DNA from: Eledone cirrhosa
Lineage: Eukaryota
Length of the DNA stretch: 64,000 nt
Reading direction: 5' to 3'
Assembly (NCBI GenBank): GCA_964016885.1
Contig: OZ024741.1
Location: 152,086,001 to 152,150,000 of the forward strand
Of this stretch, positions 51,438 to 64,000 are shown one piece after another. The first letter of the stretch is position 1; each line of letters starts with the position of its first letter. The translations under genes and the position numbers were made by a program. A model generated the notes under the pieces. It ran no database searches. It had not been told where the DNA came from and was given only the letters and a program-made list of their open reading frames with translations.

Positions 51438-54400
51438 CTCTCTCTATCTATCTATATATATATATATCTTTCTCTCTTTCGTTCAATTCAGGTGTCAAAA
51501 GAATACGCTAAATCTATTAGATTCTTTTTTTTTTTTTCAATTAAAATTTCTGCTTTGTTGTGCGAAATATTCACCTCAGTCAATATTGGGATATCCCATA
51601 AGAGCTTTACCATATTATTCTCCAGCACTTTCATCTCATTTGGGACACAATTCTCATAGTTTTTTTTTTTCTGCACCTGGAAATCCATACATTTTACTCC
51701 GGTGTAACATGGCAGAAACCTTATCATGTTGGCCTATTTTGTAAACATTCTGGGCTAACTGCTTACACTCTGAAACGATATGTGCAATGGTCTCTGCTTT
51801 CTCCCCACAAATTCTATATTCGGCTTGAATATTTGTTATTACCTACCTTCTTCTCATGGCTTGGTCTTGCACTGCTAATATAAGTCCTTCTGTTTCTTTC
51901 TTAATGTAGCCTTTCCATAACCATAACCAAGTATTTTTGTCATCACACGCATTTCATGTTTCCTTACAGAATGCTGAAAATAGAGTCTTTTCATCAAATG
52001 CTTCTTTACGCTCTTTAGTAATCTCAGTCTTTGTGTTTCTGGTTCTTCATTTGCTCAAATATGCCATCCCTGACAACCTCCAATATAAGATTTTCTTCCT
52101 TATTCTTTTATATGTAGAAGTCTATACCATTTTCTTCTATTTTGACAGTATCTGGTACCTTCAGCAGCCCCTACCACCCTACTTACTTTTCCACTTCAGC
52201 CGGTCTGCATCACTACGATAGACAGTGAGCATTTTCCATGGTATAGCTTCTGTGTTTGTTCATACTTATTATTATTGTTGTTGTTGTTGTTGATGTTTTT
52301 ATTGTTGTTTATGTTGTTGTTGTTGATGTTGTTGTTTCTTCGCTCAGCTTCTACCGCTAGAGATGTATTACTGAGGTAACATCCCTTATTTTTCGATTAC
52401 CCTCCGGAGTATTTGAGCTGTTCTAAGCAATGCTGTGTTTTGTAAGTGTTCCATCCGTATTGCAATCGCTATTTGTTTAATGTACTTCTCAAGAACTTTA
52501 CTCACTCTTCCCAAGATTCCAGCTATTATTGGATTTGCCACCACCTTTTTCAGTGACCATAACTGCTTAATATCCTAAACTAATCTGTCATAGCTATCAA
52601 TCTTTTTTCCTTCTTTATCGCATACCTTTTTATCAGTTTCCGTCTAAACTGATTAGCTCTTCCACTATCCACGTGATCCCCCATCCCATATCTAAGGAGT
52701 TATACCGCCCATATATTGATAGCTTTTATCTTATTCCATCCATTCAGTTTCGAGATGAGAATAAGTCTCAGTCTGCGCGTACATTCCACTTTAAATTTTT
52801 CTTTCATTTCCTCCTCATTATCTCATCAGCTTCCAATATCCCTAAGTACTTAAAACCTTCTATTTGCTTCATAACTTTTCCTAATGGCAGCATCAACCCC
52901 TCAATGCTTTTAATTTTGCCTGTGTTCAAGATTATTACACCACACCATTTTAATCAGAATTCCATTCTGTCGAGGGAACCAAGCTGGGATTCATTCTTAC
53001 CATAATGCTTGAGGTCGTCCATGATTAATAAGTGGTTGATTTTTTTTCTGGTGACCTTTGAATTCATACCCAGCATTAGCTTTTCTCAAAATCATTGCCA
53101 GTGGTACCATGCATAGAACAAACATCAGTGGTGACAGGCTGTCCCCTTGGAATATAGTTCTATTGATTTCCATTGTTCCTAAATCTCTTCCATATGCTAT
53201 CAGTTCAGTCTGCCACTCTTTCATACTTTTCCTTAAGAATCGCTCAATATTTGATTCAATACGAAATAAGTTAACACATTCCATAATCCAAGAGTGCGGG
53301 ATCATGTCATAGGCTTTGCGGTAATCGATTCACGCCATGGTCAACTTAAGTATTATTTTATCTATGAAAACCTGATCCTTTGTACCTTTGCATTTACGCT
53401 TGCACCCTTTCTGCTCATCTGGTAGAACTCTATTTTCTTCAAGATGCCTATACATTGATTCTGCGATTATTCCAGTCAATAATTTCCACATAAGTAGTAG
53501 GCATGTTATCGGTTTGTGGTTGTCTACCGTATTCTCTTTAGTGATATTTTTTAAGCAAAAAACTGTCCTGCCTTTTGCTGGCCACTCCAGTATCACTTGA
53601 TCAGCATTTAGCAATGTGTTGAGTTGTTCAGTTATTTGTTCATGGCATTGACTAAATCTTTTGATCTGGAAGCCTTGAACTTTATCTAGTCCCGGGGACT
53701 TCCAGTTACTCATCTTTTTCTGGTTTCCTTCATGTCCCAAGCTGAAATGACTAGTTCTGCCTGTTGTGGATAAACGTATGTTTGTTTAAGTTCTTCTAAC
53801 CATTCAGCGTCCTTCTTGTGCTCCTTCTCTTTACTCCAAATGTCGCTCCAAAACTTTTGATTTTCAATGTTATCCGTTATAATCACTTCATTTATATAAT
53901 CTCCGTTTATTTCTCGGTGCTCTTTTGGTCTACTCTGTCTATTTTGTTGATATTGCTTTATTCTTTTTTCGTACCTAACTATGAGACGTTTGCTTGAGTT
54001 CCTCCATCACTAGTTTTAGGCTTTTCTTTCAATGCCATACTTTCTTTCCAGTGTTCTGTAATTTTTTTCGTTTCTAAGCTCCTCTTCTCTTTTCTGACTA
54101 AGACAGAAATGTCCTTCAAGAGGGTATCTATACTGGCCTGTATTTTCCTTTTCCATCATGGCTCTTATTTTTGGTCTTCCTTGTTGTGTTTCTTTGCCTT
54201 GACATCTACACCCATATTTTCCGCTACAACAATGCTTGCTGACGTTATCAGATCATTTGTTTCAGTGATGTTATTTGTTTTGATGTATTTCAGAACTTCA
54301 TTCACCTTATATGTTTCTTGGTTCAGCTTGCATTAGTCAACCTTCTTTAGGTTGCAAAAAAATTCCTATTGTCCTCCTGTAACCTTGACCTTTCGGGAAT

Positions 54401-54760
54401 TTTATTGTTGATATTTTTTGTTAATTGTTTTTGTTTATTACTTTTACTTTAAATCCTGGTATCGGTTAATTTTCCCCTTCTCCTTTTCTTGCACTCTTGT
54501 GACAAAGGGGCAGGCTACATCTACAATCAGATACGATCTTTTTTCTTTGTCAAAAACCAATAGTCAGGCCTATTGTGTTCTAATTTCTTGTCTGTCTGTA
54601 TCCTGAAATACCATAACACCTTCACTGGATCGTTTTCTATCACCGACTCTGGCTTATGCTCATACCACTTCTCAGAATGTGGTAAATTATTTAGTTTGCA
54701 TAAATGCCAGTAAATCACCTTTCCTATTATATCATGCTTCCAGCCTTTATAGTGCTTTGC
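51130..54760 (-). pseudogene. Several degraded R4/Dong-like (RLE-endonuclease) LINE fragments
   Basis: NWKSPGLDKVQGF, KPITCL...WKLLTGII, EQKGC, IDYRKAYDMIPHSW, IFQGDSLSP, KWYEHKPESVIEND..KVLW...NRPD. At least 2-3 copies (51130-52260, 52330-54400, 54520-54760). Confidence 0.78.
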
Positions 54761-55329
54761 AACATAGAGTTATGGCCCTGTACGTTCTAAGTTCAAATCC
54801 GCCGAGGTTAACTTTGCCTTTCATCCTTACGGGGTCGATTAAATAAAGCACCAGTAATGCACTGGGGAAATTGCTGACCTTGTGCCAAAAGTAGAAACAT
54901 TATTATTATTATTATTATTATTATTTCATGGGAGTTCCTGTTGCATCAGAAGGTACTTCTCCGTTTTTTTAGTTATGTGCAGCAATGCGTGCTCATTTTT
55001 TTTCTTTTTTATAGACTCCTCTTGTTAGTGTAATGCATCAGTTGGTTTGTGATGGGGTTTAACTTGTTGCCTCTTGTGTTATTTTGGTGTTTGCTCTGTA
55101 ATGTGTGGTGTGTGTAACATGAGTTGTGTTATTTTATTAGATGCTTATTGAAAATGGTACAGTTTGTGTATTATGCGGGGGTGTCTGTATGAGCTGTGCT
55201 ATTGATTCGATAATATCTTGCGCAGAATATTGGCTGTTCCTAATAAGGCTTTTCGTTTTAAAATGTGTAACGTTGTCAGCCTTGGTATGGCTTCTGTGTG
55301 TTCGTTCATGTTTATTATTATAAGGGCAG

Positions 55330-55530
55330 TGAATTGGCAGTATCGGTAGAGGGTCAGACGCCATGCTTTGACGCATAGAGTTACGGCCCTTGCTATTCTG
55401 AGTTCAAATCCCGCCGAGGTTAACTTTGCCTTTCATCCTTACGGGGTCGATAAAATAAAATACCAGTAATGCACTGGGGATTTTGCTGGCCTTGTGCCAA
55501 AAGTAGAAACAATTATTATTATTATTATTA
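55330..55530 (+). mobile_element. tRNA-derived SINE with Meta-like central domain and (TAT)n tail
   Basis: A box tggcagtatcgg, B box gagttcaaatccc, then gcctttcatccttacggggtcgataaaataaa. Adjacent partial copies at 54750-54925 and 55535-55662. Confidence 0.8.
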
Positions 55531-56461
55531 TGAATGAGTTCAAACCCCGCTGATGTTAACTTTGCCTTTCATCCTTACGGGGTCGATAAAATAAAGTACC
55601 AGTAATGCACTGGTTAATTGCTGGCCTTGTGCCAAAAAGTAGAAACAATTATTATTATTATTAACATGTCATTACTGGAATACCGTGCGTTTACATTGCG
55701 ATAATCAAATTCGATAAATTTGCTATAATAATACTTACTTCACTAGATACTATTCTATATAAAATAAAGAGCTAATATAAATACTAAAAAGAAACTCTCG
55801 TTAACTAACTTCTTTCGTTTTCCTTTTTGCCTCGCCGAATCCGAAACCCGCCATTGGTCGTCTGCTTTTTACAGCACAAATAACTTAATAGCGTCTAAAA
55901 GCAAATCAATTTAGTTAGCTTCTGCTGGCTAGTGGCGATCTAGTATTATCTTCTCTTGGTTGAATTGAAATGAGAGATACTCTTAGGATCGTACAACTTT
56001 AGATAATCAAACAGGGATAAGAAATACGGTTTACAGCGACGTTGATTATATAACTAAACTCAACATTCACGAAGTTTCTGCAATATAAGTTTTTTCTTTC
56101 TTCATTTTTTATATATTTAACTCCTGTCGTTATTTCTCCAGGTTATTTCAGTACGTACAAATAGAAAATTCAATGAATTCTATTTGATCATTGATAATTA
56201 GTATTTTTCAATGATATTCATTTATATTTTTTAGCAAAAATTTCAATATTCATTAGACTAATGATAATTATTGTTATTATCTCACGTCTTTTTTATTCTT
56301 GTTTTGTTTCCTTTATTCTGCTGCATTTTCTAGTTAGAGCTTAGTTGATTATGAACAGGAAAGTAATCTGTAATGTTTAATTTATGTTCAATTTCCAACT
56401 TCCAACGATGAAAGAAAAGCTTTGCGACTTTCTAACTTTTTCTACTATTGCCATCAAAATG

Positions 56462-57133
<672 letters not shown>

Positions 57134-57184
57134 TATATATATATATACACATTATCAATAATATGTATTTATAACCAATGTTAT

Positions 57185-57217
<33 letters not shown>

Positions 57218-57288
57218 ATGTATATATATATATACATTTTATGGCAATAGTAGAAAAGTTAGAAAGTCTCAAAGCTTTTCTTTCATAA

Positions 57289-57345
<57 letters not shown>

Positions 57346-58587
57346 AACGAGTAGGACCCCAACGGCTGAGCTCAAGCCGTTTCGACGGCTAATTCTGGAC
57401 GAAACGGCTTGAGCTCAGCCGTCGGGGTCCTACTCGTTCCTATTACCCACTCTACTACCCTAAGTATTGAGTACGTTGGTGCGTTATGGTCCACCTGGTT
57501 CCTTACCACATTTCCTTCGTTATATATATATATATATATGTATAATGTATATATACATTTTGATGGCAATAGTAGAAAAAGTTAGAAAGTCTCAAAGCTT
57601 TTCTTTCATAAATATATATATGTGTGTTTGTGTGTGTGTGTTTATGATATATATATATATCATAAAAACGCACACACAAACAGCAAAAGAAAATAATATA
57701 AACAGTAGTCCATATTTAATTTAGGAAGAAAGATGAAACAAAAACAGGTCCTAGATATGAATGAAAACCATTTAGTTTGATTATATTATCTATCTAATTC
57801 TGTTTCCTGACTATATCTCACACTAATACTAACTTTCATATACTGTTTTTAGATAACGTATATATCATTTACCTATCTCTGTTTTCTCACTGCATTACGC
57901 AGTAATATTAACTTTTCTACCCTATTCATACATAATATATCATGTACCTATCTGTTTCCAAACTACACCTCACTCTAATAGTGATTTCTATACAGTGTTA
58001 GAATGTGCACTAACTATATATGTTTCCACAATATACCTTATATTTATAGTGATTTGGGGAGGGTTTGGATTTGATTAATAAATAATGATGAGGTTTTGCT
58101 TTCAGTCGGATCTGATTTTAATCGTTAAGCAAGTAATTTATTTCAGTGAGATTGTTTGTTATTTGGTTACTGGTATTTTATTTATAAGGTAGACGAATAG
58201 GCATAATTTGGTTTGTTTTCGGTTCCTTTTCGTTGCTGGTAGATAGTCGGACTTTGGTAATTAGTGATTGGTCAGTTTAAGTAATAGAATGTTGGTCGCT
58301 GTAAATATATAGAAACAACGTAAAATAACGGCTGCAGAGTAATGACGTCAGTCGCTTCCACAACAGTAATGAGAATAGGGTTGGTTATTGTTATGCATGG
58401 GAGTGTGTTTTAGAGTATAGATTTGAAGGATGTGATTATTTGTTTTTACTTTATATCTTGTGTGGTATTTATATGGGAAATCAGGTTGGGTTAAGGTGTA
58501 TGGGCGGTTTTGTTTGAATTCGTATATAGATAGCGTTGGATTGACGTCAGATTTGGGAGTGGGTTGTGATAGGATGTTTAACAAATG

Positions 58588-58670
<83 letters not shown>

Positions 58671-58671
<1 letters not shown>

Positions 58672-58890
58672 GTAATAATAATAAATTTGAAGACTAAAAT
58701 CCAAAGAGAGCTCGATAAGGATAAATATATATCAAATATATAAGAACCGTAGAGCAAATATTTATTAAAATAACAGATTAAAGTTTAAGCAAAGAATCGC
58801 TGCTTTCACCCATAACGGGATTTTCAGAAGATCCCGTTAGGTGTGAAAGCAGCGATTCTTTGCTTAAACTTTAATCTGTTATTTTAATAA
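58671..58890. repeat. Short TA-embedded repeat family with internal inversion
   Basis: Related copies at 546-686, 33285-33390 and 48038-48240. Palindrome centred ~58820. Confidence 0.7.
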
Positions 58891-59069
58891 ATATATATAT
58901 ATATAAGCCAAAACTCAAAGAAATTAGAGAATATTGTGTTGCGTTGGAATATAAGATAAATTATGGATGAATTCTGAGGTTTTTCATAACAAAAAAAGCG
59001 GAGAAATATCCTGGTCCTCTGGTTGATATTTGGCCTCAGCCGACTGGGCTGTTACTCCTAGCTATGCTC

Positions 59070-59560
59070 ACCCCACGGTGTCAAATGTTACTGCAGAACT
59101 TGAAACAATCCAATAAAGCTACACCAAGATAATTGACTCAATGAAAAGATATCTACTAGGAGAAATTGAAATTAAACTCTACTCCTTGGAACAAAGACGG
59201 GAGAGATACTTAGTAATATAAATATGGGGTATCCGGGAAGAGCTAGCACTAAACTTTGGCATTGAGAGTGGGATCGAATTGGACCGAGCTGGACCGAATT
59301 GGATGTCATTGCGTAGTTCCAAAGGTCCACATCTAGAGTAAGGACCAAATACTGCAATAGTTTGGGGTTCAAGGACTCGCGGTTCTCTAATATGCTGCCA
59401 AAAATGTCTAAGAGATCTACAAAGGATGGGTGTAGATGTCTTCAAGAATCATTTCAACGTTCTACTATCTAAGATCCAGATAAACCCACAGAATGATAAG
59501 AAGTACAAATAAGGCCAGCAGTGACAAACTTTACCAGGCCACAATAGAAGAATCGCAATA
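59070..59560 (+). pseudogene. CR1/Jockey-group LINE 3' relic
   Basis: LKLYSLEQRRERYL..IW..., VDVFKNHF..LLSKI. Confidence 0.5.
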
Positions 59561-59836
59561 GAAAATGTAGAGACGATGGAGGTGCCCCAGCATGGCCTCA
59601 GCATGTCGGCTGGAACAAATAAAAGTTAATGTATATATATATGTGTGTGTGTGTGAGTGTGTGTGTGTGTGTGTGCGTGTGTGTGTATGTGTATGTGTGC
59701 ATGTGTGTGTGTGCGTGTGTGTGTGTGTGTGCAAATATATATACATAAATCAAGCTAAAATAATATCTAAACCAAAGTAAAATTAAATATTTATACATAC
59801 ATGCACACACGCGCGCGCACACACACACACTCAGAC

Positions 59837-59875
<39 letters not shown>

Positions 59876-59998
59876 CATATATATACATATATATATACAT
59901 ATATATGTGCGCGCATATATATATATATATATTCACACACACATATATGTGTGTGTGTGTGTGTGTGTGTGCGTGTGCGTGTGCGTGTGTGTGTGTCT

Positions 59999-60062
<64 letters not shown>

Positions 60063-61449
60063 TTATATCAATAGTGAAGTAAAGCAAGATGTCTATTTAA
60101 TCATTGATGGAGTATTCATTTCTTATCTCAACGATTAACAAGAAAAGTTTGCTAAGAACAAGGAAACGTGTTTTTGAAGGCCACATACTGTGTCTCAGTT
60201 GCTATAGATCGATAAATCATTATGTTAGGCATTATTAAATAAAGATTCCGGCAAATGTATTCTGAAATATAATATAACAGGAATAGTGGCTTAAGTTTGA
60301 AGTGAGATTAATACAATAGAACCAAGGAAATTATATATTGTAAAGTAAGGAAATATTATATAACACGGTGCGGACATGAGTAAATGGACATGGAAATAGG
60401 CTTACAACACACATACATACACGCACACACACACAAACTCACTCAAACATATACATTCATTTAGACACACACACACACACTTTCATTCACTCAGACATAC
60501 ATACGCACACTCACAGATATAACAAATCCCAAAAGAAAGTTAATATTTCTGACAGTAACATTTGCTTGCTATTACTGCTGTACATTGACGATGTGGGATG
60601 TGGGTGCTGGAATGTCTGAGTGGCTAGGAAGTTCACTTCGCAATCATGAAGTCCCAGGTTCGACCTCGCTGCGTGTCTTTACAATAACCTCTGGTTGATC
60701 CAAACCTTTTGAAAGAATCAGAATAGATGAGACCTGCATGAAAGCCCCTCGGGTGGATTGTACTGGAAATTTAGTGTTCCGTTGATTCAACTTGAGAATT
60801 ACATCAAGGATGCCTGTGTCTGCGGAACACTTAACCACTTATGCATTTTGCATAAGTTGCGGGTCGGGTGTTCAGTTTATCGAATGGCTGAATGATCATC
60901 GTCGAAACTAACGGAGGATCCATCATCCTTACATTGACAATAGAATTATTGCTGTCGACTGTCATGTAATCTTAAGTGAGGGAAGGAACATAGAGCTGGC
61001 ACACTCTGAAGTTTTGCTGAGAATATGCCAGTCTCGAAGTCGCCACCCCCTCACACGGCAAACTGACGTATCAACAATGGAGACGTCTGCTTATGGACTG
61101 ACTTCAGTAGTGTACTACATAGAATGTAATAAATATATATCTTGTAAAAAAAATGTTTGGAAACTGTTGAAATGAAATAGAGAGTGTGAGAGGTAGGTGA
61201 AGGTGAATAAGGGGGGATAATATTATGAAAGATAAAGACAGAAGAGGTGATTAACAAAAGAGCTGTGGTGTCAGAAAAGCAGATGATAGATACATACAAA
61301 ATTTCGACAAACATTCACAAATACATGTGTGTGTGTGTTTATACATACATATGTACACACATGCACGCATACATACATACATACATACATACATACATAC
61401 ATACATACATACATACATACATACATACATACATACATACATACATACA

Positions 61450-61735
61450 TAATTGTATTCAGTCGGTTACGACGACGAGTGCTCCAGTTGATTCGATGGA
61501 CGGAAGAACCTGCTCGTAAAAATAACGTTCAAGACACCTGGGAGATTCAGCCTGGCACAGTATATGACAAGGTTTATCCTTCAAATTAAAGGTACAACTT
61601 ATTTTTACTAGCTGAGTAGACTGGGGCAACTGAAAAATGAAGTGTCTTGATCAAGGACACAACGCACCGCTGGGAATCGAACTCACAATCTTACGATCAT
61701 GAATCGAATACCCTAACTGCTTGGCCAGGCACCTT
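61450..61735 (-). mobile_element. tRNA-derived SINE with CORE-like domain, in (CATA)n
   Basis: Minus strand gagttcgattccc (B box), then tgtgtccttgatcaagacact. Partial copy at 33140-33222. Confidence 0.62.
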
Positions 61736-61821
61736 GACATACATACATACATACATACATACATACATACATACATACATACATACATACATACATACAT
61801 ACATACATACATACATACATA

Positions 61822-62400
61822 CATGGTGGCTGCTAACTCGTTTTCGAGTACGGCCACTACTTTATATCCATGTAGGAGAACCCTTACCGATGCGCTGAAC
61901 GAGTGTGACTTTTTAGTCCAGCCAGCGACTTGAAAACTCTGGTACAAACACTACACTTGTGACAATTACTGACACATAGTGCTGGGCCAATGGTACCATG
62001 TGATGACAAGTGCAGAGAGATCTCCAGATATAAAGCAATGCCTGTGCCATGAAGATTTTATAGTGAGCAAAAGCACTGCACAAAGCCAGTCCCACTCTCT
62101 TAACCAAGATTATATTTACCAAAAAGGGTTGCAGGTGTTATATCAGAGTTTTCCTTCTCCTAGAATTCTGCCTTGACAAAGGCTAAGGGTCATCTCTCCC
62201 GGTGATTTTGGATGGCCATTGACTCTTATGAGCTCCTTTGCCCTTTGACAGGTTTTGTTTTTAGTCCTGCAGGATGTCCAAAGTCACCCTCCTCACCAAG
62301 AAACCTTGGTAGGGTTGCCAGTTTAGTCGCCAACAACCCGACCATGGGACAGGTTGTACTGGGATACATGTTACCAGTAGCACCAACTGGTGACCTGACA
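61822..62400 (-). mobile_element. Non-autonomous retroelement inserted in (CATA)n
   Basis: 62212-62400 matches 32820-33008. Flanked by (CATA)n on both sides. Confidence 0.55.
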
Positions 62401-63444
62401 TACATACATACATACATACATACATACATACATACATACATACATACATACATACATACATACATACATAGTTTAGAGACGTCAATTAGTTGTTTTTTTT
62501 GTTTTGTTTTTTTTGTTTTGTTTTTTTTGTTTTCATTAATTATTCAGAGAAGCTATGTGAGAATTTACCCACGTGCATTCTACAGTTCCTTTCCAAGACT
62601 AACCAAAATATCATTGGATTGTTCAGGTGGAATATATGTAGGTCGTCTGTCTCCGTAAGGGAAAACATGGACCGACAAGAAGAGGTGACGGTTCCATGGA
62701 ACTAAGCTGTATGCTGTTCAACGTCATTCCTCGTGTGTAGAGTAGACATCTTAGTCGTCTGGCCTTCTTTCAATCAAATTAGGTTTCTTTTTTGCTAAAG
62801 AAAATATATAAGAATATAATAAAAACATGTTTTTTTTTTCTTTTCCTCAAGTACAATTAAGATAGCTGTCTTGGACATGAAGAAACAGGTTAAAATAGGA
62901 AACACAAATAGACAATAGGAAACACAAACGGAATATTGTCCGTTAGTTGTTAAGATGTTCGTACGAGTGTGACTGAAGGCTGTGTTTTGGCTTTGTCTTT
63001 TTTTCTTTGTAAAGGCAGCAGCGGCTGAGGAGCTGATCATGATGAGGATGATGTTGGTGATGATGAGAGAAAGGTGAGGAGAATGTTTCTAAATTGGAAG
63101 CCGGACGATGTGGCGAGGTGGCGAGTTGGTGGTTAGGCATAATGATGTGACAATGTAATAAGGTTTTGACAATACTGTTAACCAAGAAAAAATTAACGGT
63201 GTATTGCTATGGTGGAAGATGGTAGGGGGAGAGAGGTGGATGGAAGAGAATGTGTGTGGTGGCCAGTGGTCGTAGGAGCAGTAGCTGAAAGACACACACA
63301 CATATAAGGATGGCTATGTCTGCACACGTACATTCATATATATATACATATGTATGTGCGAAATTATATATGCATACACATATACAACCATAGACAGATA
63401 GAGATTGAGAGAATAAGAGAATATATAGATAGATAGATATATAA

Positions 63445-63506
<62 letters not shown>

Positions 63507-63507
<1 letters not shown>

Positions 63508-64000
63508 TGTTTCTTTTTATTTGCCACCAGGGCATCAAAAAGTGGGACAAGTACAATGGGGCGACTTTACATAAAAAGCGAGTAAAGAAAACAAATAACA
63601 AATATAAAATTAACAATAAAGTCCTCAATAGGTAGGGGGCGTTTGGGGGGTCGCACACACCCCCGAAAAAGGTGTGCAACCCCTTCACCTCAGGAGCACA
63701 GAGAGAGGGTACTCCCTCGTTCCTTCCTCTTTTCCACCTACAGGCTGATGTAAAGAGAAGGCCCATTCACACGGGCCATTCTCGCGACTTTCACCCACCT
63801 TTCATAAAAACGACTGGGGTGGAGTACCTCTCTCTCCATCCTGATCCTTCTTCCGAAATGATATCGGAAGAAACGGACCAGTTGTTGGCCAGAGAGAAGG
63901 GTGCCTGACCTCAGTCCTTTCAGACGCGTTCACCATACAACTTCTTTCACCATGGCTATTACACACAGAAACACCGCCTCTCCTTCATTTTTGAAGGGGG
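63507..64000 (-). mobile_element. 3' end of a related Tx1/L1-like LINE
   Basis: Homologous to 35000-35495; abuts (GATA)n at 63425-63507. Confidence 0.82.

Noticed and set aside
55330-55420. tRNA genes
   Set aside because: The A/B boxes belong to SINE heads followed by a SINE core and tail; no complete cloverleaf.

Overview
Eukaryotic, AT-rich DNA saturated with microsatellites, with no confidently identifiable host gene. The repeat content (Meta-/CORE-type tRNA SINEs, long (TA)n/(CA)n/(CATA)n/(GATA)n arrays) resembles a cephalopod or other mollusc genome; this is inference. Nearly all ORF-track entries are microsatellite artefacts. The real content is retroelements. (i) Penelope-like elements (PLEs): an apparently intact Naiad-type RT + GIY-YIG element (ORF 14958-17399) joined head-to-head to a near-identical 5'-truncated inverted copy, forming a ~13 kb structure (8137-21163), plus two more Naiad-type copies and a GIY-YIG 3' fragment. 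(ii) About 20 type I hammerhead ribozyme (HHR) motifs from about 9 sequence families, folded by eye. They lie in PLE terminal repeats, in non-coding tandem arrays of 483 bp and 467 bp (retrozyme-like) and in tiny inverted insertions, nearly all embedded in (TA)n. (iii) RTE-clade LINEs, a Tx1/L1-like LINE whose ends abut (GATA)n, R4/Dong-like and CR1-like relics, SINEs and a Tc1/mariner relic. The most notable system is this (TA)n-associated community of autonomous PLEs and non-autonomous ribozyme-bearing repeats. Coordinates of degraded elements are approximate.
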